A stretch of 63,244 nt of DNA, the filler included, from Vannella sp. (taxonomy: Eukaryota), in the NCBI GenBank assembly GCA_023345925.1. It is 7 parts of 7 records of this genome, joined end to end, with 100 filler letters (N's around TTAATTAATTAA, not from the genome) between each part and the next. Parts side by side here need not be neighbours in the genome. Positions count along the whole stretch, not along the records: positions 23,358 to 32,147 come from JAJQQN010000990.1; positions 32,248 to 38,189 come from JAJQQN010001369.1; 5 more parts are not named here. One strand, given 5' to 3'. Below are positions 25,626-35,513 of the stretch, piece by piece; positions within the stretch are counted from its first letter, which is position 1; each line of letters opens with the position of its first letter. Both the position numbers and the translations under genes were made by a program. The notes beneath the pieces were generated by a model, which was not told the origin of the DNA, did no database searches, and worked only from the letters and a program-made list of their open reading frames with translations.

Positions 25626-27344
25626 CTATTCAACGTCCACGGATATGGAAAAAGGGATGATAGGCAACCCATGGCTGCTGTAGACAATCGCTTTTGGCCA
25701 GCTGCACCAACCAAACTGGACAATTGTTATGCGGACTTCGCTTTCCAGGGCTCCCCTGGAGACAGTGAGTCGGATAACGTGGGGATGGGTGCGTTTCAAG
25801 TCATCCAGCTGGATGAAAGATCCAGTATCAAGCCGAGCCTCGAAGCCAGAGCAATACTCCTCGATGGGTCGATCAAACCGTGGATCTTTAATTGTTGGAC
25901 ATTGGGCGCTCCTCATCTCCAATCCACCCTTCCCAACCAAGTCTTTGTCAAAAATCACATCGATTAAGATGGAGTCTGTCAGATACTTCACAAGGACTCG
26001 GTCCACTGCTGGTCCATGAGATTGAATAGGAGAATGGAAAGTCTCTTCAAGCAATCGCCAGCTCATTCGCTGGCTGATGGGCTTCTTCTCTCGAGAATGT
26101 AAGTCACCGAAAGGCGAATCAGCATCGCCCTTATCATAGGCAGGAATCACTTGAACATTGGGCATTCGAGCGAGATCCATTTGAACCGCCCGAAAGTTCT
26201 CCAGGTGCGGACGTGGTACAAAAGTTGGGGCCAGTCCCACAGTAATGAAAAGAAGATCCGGTTGTCCACCAACCGATCTCCAAAACTCCAAAAGGCGGGG
26301 AAACGCACAAGCATAAAAGTTCGGTTCAAAGACATTGGACTCTCCCTGGTACCAAAGCACAGCCCTTTTCTTTAGCCTTACTACAGGATGTACCGTTCCA
26401 AACCAGGTGATACTGTCCTCCGTGGGACAACATTCGTCCTGGGGGAAATTTGAGGCGGGGCTGCCACATTCAGTCAATACCGAAGGAGGGCACCAGGTTT
26501 GAAGAGGAGAGCCGTTATTAGAGAACGATACTAACCCAATGGGAACATGCAGCTCTTCGTACATGGCCTTCCCGAAGAACCAGCAAATGGCGCTGAAATG
26601 AGTGAATGGTTCGGAGACATCTCGAATCGTCTCGTGGCTTGAAACCGTCCATGGAAGTGAAGGAGCAGTTTCCATATCAGCCAGCTCTTCCTTTGAGTCC
26701 TTTCGTCCCAAATCCATCACGCGGATGAGGGGAAAGTCGAATGTTTCACCTTCTTCGGCGTGTTTTCGCTCAGTGAAGGTCTGTGCTACTGTCAACAGCA
26801 TATTTGATTGTCCAGCACAATGATAGACATCTCCAAAGTAGACATCATTCACCTCTAGACCTTCTCCTTGGGAGTTGGTGATCAGAAGGGTGAGAGGGCC
26901 TCCTGCTGTGTGAAGTGGAAGCTCAACAGACCATCGGACTTGAGGTCTATCATAAGGTTTGACTATTTGGGAACCTCCTTGAGTGGCCAAGAAGGACATC
27001 CCCTCGTAATGAAGGACAACCTCGCAATCCAGGTCATCCGCTGCGCACCAGCCCCATACCACCGCCTGTTCGGGTGCTCGCTGTAAGACCATATGGTCGT
27101 CAAAGGCATAAGCTAACCTGAACTCCCCCTTTCGATGTAGCTCGTGGCCAAGTGGACTCAGTCCTGTGTTCGAAGAGGCGCTTTCTGATTGTGTACCGAC
27201 TTGTCGGATCTTGGGGAACCCAGCGCCCAGTGCTAGGTTTGAAGTTATCCCCATGAAGAGGAAAACCGCTACCAACGATACACCAAGCCAGGTACCCAGC
27301 AGCCCCTTTCTGCTCCCCAAAGACCGCCAGTGGAGCACTCTCAT
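25626..27344 (-). CDS. SIAE: Sialate O-acetylesterase (SASA/SGNH family)
   Basis: DHMVLQR, GDVYHCAGQSNM, FSAICWFFG, LWYQGESN, DLHSREK; N-terminal signal/anchor. Confidence 0.88.
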   Translation of the reverse strand: MRVLHWRSLGSRKGLLGTWLGVSLVAVFLFMGITSNLALGAGFPKIRQVGTQSESASSNTGLSPLGHELHRKGEFRLAYAFDDHMVLQRAPEQAVVWGWCAADDLDCEVVLHYEGMSFLATQGGSQIVKPYDRPQVRWSVELPLHTAGGPLTLLITNSQGEGLEVNDVYFGDVYHCAGQSNMLLTVAQTFTERKHAEEGETFDFPLIRVMDLGRKDSKEELADMETAPSLPWTVSSHETIRDVSEPFTHFSAICWFFGKAMYEELHVPIGLVSFSNNGSPLQTWCPPSVLTECGSPASNFPQDECCPTEDSITWFGTVHPVVRLKKRAVLWYQGESNVFEPNFYACAFPRLLEFWRSVGGQPDLLFITVGLAPTFVPRPHLENFRAVQMDLARMPNVQVIPAYDKGDADSPFGDLHSREKKPISQRMSWRLLEETFHSPIQSHGPAVDRVLVKYLTDSILIDVIFDKDLVGKGGLEMRSAQCPTIKDPRFDRPIEEYCSGFEARLDTGSFIQLDDLKRTHPHVIRLTVSRGALESEVRITIVQFGWCSWPKAIVYSSHGLPIIPFSISVDVE

Positions 27345-27511
27345 GCAAAATGAGAAAGTTTTCTAATTGCAAAAGGAATAATGGGCTGGAACTTGGCAAA
27401 AGGCCAACAGATAAAGCAGCCCGGAAGAGTCTCCCGAGAGCTCGTCTATTCCTTGAACATTTCTTGAATTTTCCTTTTTTCAGACGGAGAAAACGGTCAT
27501 TAAATTGCTTG

Positions 27512-28003
27512 ATGCGGCCTCTCTGGACCTACACCCCCGACAGGAGTCTGTCTGTTGATGTTAAGAGAGCACTGGAAGAGCTCTATCGACACAACGTGCA
27601 CTTTTCAGGAAGAAGGATAGAGGTAACGAGCCGTTGCTGGGAACAAGGTGCCTTCACCTCTTTCAGCGGTGTCATCTCTCCCATTGAGATTCCAGGAGGG
27701 CTCACTTGGCGTTGGAGCCAAGCCAAGTCCCGAGTGTATCTTACAAACGAAGATCGCAGTTCAATCTTGGTGGCAAAGTTGAGTCCTCGAAGGCGCGTTG
27801 GTGAGAGATCAGATAGTGAAGACCCTCCGCCCTCCTACAAACTATGGATCTATAAGCTACAAGGAACCAGTCCTTCGCCTTTCAGCGTACTCTGGTGCGA
27901 AAGGGGATCCGTACCTCTTGATGATTTACCAATAGGCCCCACTCCGACCCAACTCCCTTCCTCCGCCAAACCACTCATCCCAGGCTTGCCAACTTGGCTC
28001 TAA
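27512..28003 (+). CDS. Unknown family, paralog 2
   Basis: MRPLWTYTPDR...WRWSQ.KSRV.LTNEDRSSILVAKL...PSYKLW...FSVLWCERG shared with 24412-25290. Confidence 0.75.
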   Translation: MRPLWTYTPDRSLSVDVKRALEELYRHNVHFSGRRIEVTSRCWEQGAFTSFSGVISPIEIPGGLTWRWSQAKSRVYLTNEDRSSILVAKLSPRRRVGERSDSEDPPPSYKLWIYKLQGTSPSPFSVLWCERGSVPLDDLPIGPTPTQLPSSAKPLIPGLPTWL

Positions 28004-28153
28004 AGTTCATCACAAGCTCCCACACTCGTGGAATTGAGATGCGTGCCCAAACATGAGCCTTTTGAAAGTCCCTCTTTGTTCCATCCCGTCAAAGGACATT
28101 CAAAAGAGGGTTTTGAGGACCAAATGAATGATTAAATCATTCATTCTCCTTCG

Positions 28154-29904
28154 ATGCCGAAAGACGTGGTGAGTGGGAAGGTCCTGGTGGTTGCTGGAGC
28201 CTTTGTTGAGGTGTGTTGACATCGCAAAAGGCGAGGGCTGAACTCTGCTTCGATGTGGGGCGGTGTTATCGTCTGCTTACGAGGAAGGTACCTGAAGGAG
28301 GCCGGGTGAACCGCTCCGCGGCGGTCTTTTTGACTGCTGTTCTGGAGTACATCGTCAACGAGACTCTGACTGTCGCTCTCAACGAGGTTCCGACTGTCGC
28401 TCTAAACGAGGTTCCGACTGTCGCTCTAAACTTCATGAGGCGCGTTGGAAGTCAGTGGCTCATATCCGTATGATCGAAAAGAAAGAGTGATTGGGAGGGA
28501 ATACTAGGTTGTAGGTGTTTCATCTTGATTCATATTCGTTTTAGTCTTTTTCACTCATGAAGGAGCTTTTAGAAAGTGAGTGGCTCCTCCCCAACCCTCA
28601 GATGCTTAACTCGCTTTCAAGAACGTGAGTAGCTATTCACCTATCTCGCACACAATACGCTCCAACGAAAAGCTGGCCACGAGTGCTCTATTTAGTGGGT
28701 ATGCGCAGGGAATTAAACGGGAGAGGAGGAAGAGTAAAGCTGGGTCTCTCATTCACGAAAACAGGAAGTACGTAGATAAGTGGAAAGCATAGAGAGGACT
28801 AACCAACGAACCCCTTTAGAGGGTAAGATGATAGATTAAGGAGGGATGTGCGAAAACTCATGGAGTGCTTCGTCCTCTATTCTATCAAACAAGGACTAAC
28901 AGTCATTTTGGACAGACTTTTCTTGGCAATGCTTGCCATTCAGGGGAAGGCGAGTTGGTGAAGTATTTGCTTTCTTTACGGTGCATTGATGTCCAACAAC
29001 CAGTAAGTTGAAGTTGGGCACTTGCGAGTTGACTATACTGACCAATGCTTAAGTTGTTCCGGTAGTCTTTTTAGCATCGAAAAGGAGATGCTTGTTTACG
29101 CCACTCACTGCAGGGGATGTATTCAGGTGTACTCGAATGCAACTTATTTACGACAGTTTTAGCGTGTAAGTGCCTCTATCATACCATTGGAGAGTTTGAT
29201 GGTTGCGTTTGTAGTTTCCTCTTACCAAATAGCATAGTTTGTGAGTTCTTCTTCAATCTATCTGGCACGTTTTCTCACTGAATCGCATTCAGCACGTAAG
29301 TTGATGTATTTCAGAGGAAGCCTTTCTGAATAACAGAGCAAACGCATTTAGAGAGTATGGACAATCACCTTGGAGAATCTATCTAATCAGAGGGAATTCA
29401 GCAAGTGACACTCCAAGCCCGAAAATGGGCTGCAAGATGAAGAATACTGACAGAGCTTTCTCTGGGGAGTAAGAAAGCTATCAGCGGTTCAGAGAGTCGA
29501 TGGAAGGCAACTCCTCACCAAAGGCCCGTAGGGAGTAAGTGGGCAAATTTTATCTGATGAAAGGGATCCCTTACATTTTTGCTTCAGTGTGTGAGATTGG
29601 CCTTCTCTCATTGTTCAAAATGATGGGATGTGCTCCTAACTGATGGAGTCGTTTATTGCTCGAACTACATTTGTTTGAGTATAGCTTAAACGTTGGGGTT
29701 ATTAGTATGCTGGTAAAAGAGTAAGGCGAGATGGATGGGCCTCATCAAATCAATTGCCTGCAGATGGTATGTAACCTTTCCTTCCATCTCTGAGAGAAGA
29801 GAGAATTCATCACAAAGGATAAGACAGCAATTGAAATAGCTCTCAACAAAGGGCATGGCGAAGTCGTCAATTTGTTTCTGCAGGAGGAATACGCGACCCA
29901 GTGA
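28154..29904 (+). CDS. Histone H2A-like fold fused to ankyrin repeats, interrupted by two arrays of 3-nt microexons
   Basis: H2A-like ARAELCFDVGRCYRLL...RVNRSAAVFLTAVLEYI to donor 28468; ankyrin exon 28916-29002 (TFLGNACHSGEGELVKYLLSLRCIDVQQP); ankyrin exon from 29818 (DKTAIEIALNKGHGEVVNLFL); start and end uncertain. Confidence 0.75.
28357..28431 (+). repeat. In-frame 24-bp tandem repeat x3 (NE[TL/VP]TVAL)
   Basis: aacgagactctgactgtcgctctc followed by aacgaggttccgactgtcgctcta twice. Confidence 0.95.
28468..28915 (+). other. Microexon array 1A: six single-codon exons
   Basis: AG|NNN|GT at GTT 28508, AAA 28573, AAC 28622, TGG 28696, GAA 28765, AGG 28820; donors GTAGGT/GTGAGT/GTGAGT/GTATGC/GTACGT/GTAAGA. 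Confidence 0.85.
29003..29817 (+). other. Microexon array 1B: eight clear single-codon exons plus about five ambiguous or degenerate slots
   Basis: CGT 29163, TTT 29238, CAC 29293, AGA 29352, CAA 29402, GGA 29532, TGT 29588, ATG 29764, each YAG|NNN|GT. Confidence 0.82.
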
Positions 29905-30219
29905 GTTAGAAAAACGTCTGAAAGGCAAATTCCTCAGAACTGGGCCGAACTTTAAGGTTAGCTTGAGCAACAGCACTCCCCAAGTGATCGACGAGCAAGC
30001 AAACGCCTCCGGAGAAGACACCAACTGGCCACTCCGTAGATACGTCTAAATGCCATTTCCCCTTTTTGAAATGGCAAAATGAATTAATCACAAGAATTGA
30101 TTCTAACTCACTCACACATTTTTAGCTATTCATAGACCGCGGCAACGGCAAAACAGAAAACGAAAATCAATTTATCATTTGAGACTTCCTTGCCTTCCTT
30201 GCCTTCCTTGGCTGGGTCG

Positions 30220-31573
<1,354 letters not shown>

Positions 31574-31635
31574 AAAAGATGCGCTGCTAAGACCCACACG
31601 GCCGATGAGGTAATACCAAATACATTCTCTATAGC

Positions 31636-32147
31636 TTAGGGGTTTGCTTTACCTGCGATGGAACCGTATTCTTGGTTCCATTCCATCAACTGGACGAGAC
31701 TTTCTCGGGAAGTGGACGGGCGGATTTCAGAAAGGCTTCGCTGGAAATCTGAGAGGGATAATGGACGAATCTTGTGAAGTGGAGTGTGGCGAGCACTCAA
31801 TCCCAGTTCCCTAATCGGCCCCATGGAAGCATCTTGGCACAGCTGGGTGATATCACTGCCAGAGAAGCCTTCAGTACTCTCGGAGATTTTTTGAATATCT
31901 CTTCCGCAGATAGAGTGACCTTCCTGCTTGCTCACTAAAGTTCGAATGATGGCGGATCGCCCTTTTTGGTCAGGAAGATCAACAAATATTCGCTTCCCCT
32001 GCTTGGGAGATTAGTTTCATTCATATCTTACTCTAATCAAACTTACTAGTCGCCGGAGAACAGCATTGTCCAGATCCCATGGTCGGTTAGTGGCCGCTAA
32101 TACAATTAAACTGTCTGATTGGGAGCTGGTGACCCCGTCCATTTGGA
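31636..32147 (-). CDS. Spastin/fidgetin-like AAA ATPase, C-terminal fragment
   Basis: [23 protein letters not shown], Vps4_C-like WNQEYGS. Confidence 0.85.
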
Positions 32148-32247
32148 NNNNNNNNNNNNNNNNNNNNNNNNNNNNNNNNNNNNNNNNNNNNTTAATTAAT
32201 TAANNNNNNNNNNNNNNNNNNNNNNNNNNNNNNNNNNNNNNNNNNNN
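32148..32247. other. Artificial contig linker
   Basis: N44-TTAATTAATTAA-N44. Confidence 0.98.
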
Positions 32248-35200
32248 GAATCCCCCGGCCAACCATTCCCAAGCTGTAAAGGAGTTCCGGGACATTGATA
32301 CCATCAAAATCGCTGTCTAGGGTCTGATAGATACTTTCCCAGTGCTCTTGAGCTGTTCTCTGCGACTGGGAACTGCGGGATGGAGCTGCCATTGGAGTTG
32401 GATCATAAATAGCGAGAGCGGGGTGCGATTTCTTGAGCTTATCGAACTCAATTAAGATGTTTGACGAGGAAACGCTACTTTCTGCACGCTCTACTCGTCG
32501 TAGGGCATCAGCACCGTGCTTCATATCCTCAGTTAAAGTCAACCAAATGGCTTTCTTGTCCACTCTCCGGCTGCTTTGTGCAAGGAGGATCTTATCTTCC
32601 AAGCTGTTCAATTGAGTTTCCAATTGGCTGACGGAACCACGTATTTGAGTGATTAAGGCTGCTTTCTCTTTGGGCGCGAGGGCATTCAGATTCACTATTG
32701 GCCCTATTAAGGTCTCTTTTGTGGCACTGAGGATTCCCCTGGCCAGAGTGAGAGAAGGAGACACGTCTCTTTGAGCGATAGCCGAAGCTTTAAGCTCTGG
32801 AATCAATCTCTGAAGGGTGTGGAGTAAGAAAGGGGCGTCTTGAGGAGTGAAGGGCCGGGGAAGGAGTTTCGCACTTCCAAACCAAGTCAAGTGAATCTCT
32901 TGTGGAGGAATCCCTCGATAGAAGATGCCAACAGCTTCCTTCTCCATTGGGATTGTGCATTGGCATCGGGGCGGGTATCCAAGAGCAGGCATGAACCCAT
33001 TGAAAGGCGTGTCGACTCCCACAGAAAGTGGAATTCCGGATTGCGTTTGCCTCAAGAGTCGCTTCAGATCCTTCCCAAGATCAACGAATGTGGCTGGTAA
33101 TTGAGCCGGCGAAGTGATTTGGTAGTTACTTGGGAAGTAGGCAGACTGGAGAGTGTCCGTAGCAAACTTGAGCTGCATTGCGCCTTCCAAATCCCCGAGG
33201 CCAAGCTGGATGATGCTCATATAACAGTTCAGGTGGGATGCCCCGATGACCAACATACTCTCTCTTGCTGACTTGATGTATGCTTCTGAGTCATTCTCAG
33301 TGTCTTCAGAGACTGTCACCAGAACGAAGAGGGACATCAGTGGCCCTTCATCTCTGACTGAGTCTGCCTTCGAGGCCATCTTCTGACTGCAATTCAACGC
33401 AATATCAACGGCTGCAGCATGTCCTCCTAAAATGTCTATCCTATCGCTGGGAGGAGCTTTTGCAAGCTCTGGAGAGAGGAAAAAGCTCGAATTGGTTATC
33501 GCTTGCTTCTCGATTGACTTTCCGATGAAGATAACATTGGCCTTATCAGGGCTAATCATGTCATATACATCCTTACATGCAGGGAACAAGTAACGCTCCA
33601 GATGCTTGCTGGTAAGTGACTTATGGCGAGGAAGAAGAAAGATCAATTGAGTTTGAACTGGCGGGGAGGGATGGAATCCAATGGTCCTTTCAACATCTTG
33701 CTGGTCCATCTTAATGAGAAAATCATCCTTGCTACCAGGGACATGAGTAAAGTAGAAAATTGGCGGTTCCTTCGCCATTGCAATGACGGGATCTGGTTTC
33801 TTCCCACTTTTGGGGTGCTTGGGCGCCTTGGTGGGTTTGATGGGGGTGATCTCCTTCTGCCTCTCTGAAGCTCGATGTTGTGTCTCGTTGCGATCGCCTT
33901 GGTTACCGATTGTCACGAGTAGGACGGGAAGAAGTTGCTCTTTGTCGAAGAGAACATACTCGAGGCGGTCAGGAGATATATGAGAGTCATACCCCTCTGT
34001 CTTATTCCCATACTTGTAGTGAACGTGGTCCTCCTTGTCAATGTAGAAGGGAGATTCACACTGGAACACTCTTCCCATTCCCACCAGTGACACTATTACT
34101 TGCTGGATTCCTCCCAAACACATGCGGTAGGAGTAGTCCGTCGCCTTTTTGATGTTTGGAGAGACATAGATGCCCTTGCCATACAGAGAGCCGTTCGTGA
34201 CATCAATAAAAGTGCCTTCTTTGGTGAATTCACCTGCTGAGAGAAGGCCGTGGTCCACTGGAACCACGTCAGATGCTGAACATAAGAGCATAAAGAGCAT
34301 TCCACTCACCTATGCTCTCGATAGTCTGACGACTGGCTCCATGATAGCCGTAGGTGATGGCCTGGATGGGAGTTTTGAGTTGATTGAGCTGTTCCATGTG
34401 CTTAGAGAAGGCCAAAAGATGCTCCGGACTCATGATATTCTCTACAGACAGTACTTTGCCTCGTACAGAGGCCAGGTCACGATCTACCTCTCGACAGAGG
34501 CCCTGTTGAACTGCTTTGAGGGACAAAGAAGAGAGTGGAAGCCCACTCCGCTGGAGCTGGAGATCACCAAGGCCTCTTAAAGGAGGCATGAAGGGGATTT
34601 GAAGCTCTTCCGCTGATTTGGAGACCGCTTCATCGACCTTTTGTTCGAGGAATGCGTCAAGGTACCGTTGAGTGTAAAGGAAAGCGTCCAGAAGGCTTGA
34701 ATCGATGCATCTCTCATGTTTCAGGAGAAGGAGAGCTTCGATCGTGTCCTTCTGTGCGAGAGAGAGGCCTTCTGACTGCAAAACCTGAACCTGAATCTTC
34801 CCGCTTGAAGGATAAGCAGCTGGTACTGTCAATGCTAACGTCACTTGACAAGAGAAGGCTGCTTGGTGATGTTTCTGTTCTGATGTCACAGTTCCCTCCA
34901 CGCAGAAGGGAGCACCTGTGGTCGTGGTCACCACTAAAGGGTCCACTTCGAAGCCAAAGCTCCGAACGACGTCTAACTCTTCCTCAAGAGTCTCGCAGTC
35001 GCTCATTCCATCCTCTCGGGGGGCTTCCCAAGCCTGAGCTACGCGCAGGAGCAACTCCCCATGAGGAGGGAGCACCAGTTTTGTGCGTTCAAGGTAAGAA
35101 GTGACTTTGGCGAGGCTCTGATAGTCCACAAACTGAACTGTGGACGGAGTAGCGAGTAGTGCAGCCTTTGCATCAGAGGAGAGCACCTGCTGGTGATAAA

Positions 35201-35357
35201 GAGCAACGGAAGGCAACATTGCTTCCAACACGTCCACTGGAACGCATTTGGCCAGCTGTCCCACCGCCCTCCGCACTAAGCGTGCCTGATGTGCAGGCTC
35301 AAGATCTTCCACACCGCTGGTCCCCTCGAAAACGTTCTCTGCAACGAAACGGGACAT
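32248..35357 (-). CDS. Large multidomain protein: RWD-like + PARP/ART catalytic domain + vWA-like/helical region; 3' truncated
   Basis: TVPAAYPSS RWD-like motif; YGYHG, YGKGIYVSP, YS, EYVLF (H-Y-E triad); one intron near 34275-34308; start uncertain. Confidence 0.7.
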
Positions 35358-35513
35358 AAAAAAGAAGCCAGGAAAAAACTGGGAATGGACTTGGCGTCCA
35401 CTCCTCTTTTCCTTATTATGGGAGCAGGAACATATTCTATTCCCGTGAACATTCTGTTCGATCGTGATACGGAGAGGTTTAGTAGGGCGCTGCATCCGTT
35501 ATATACACTCCTC

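Noticed and set aside
25341..25967. 208-aa plus-strand ORF overlapping SIAE, and many similar antisense ORFs in the track
   Set aside because: Shadow frames of well-supported genes with no motifs of their own
28474..29850. Alternative genetic code or decayed pseudogene as the explanation for the stop-rich regions
   Set aside because: Neighbouring genes translate cleanly with the standard code, and canonical GT-AG splicing accounts for the stops
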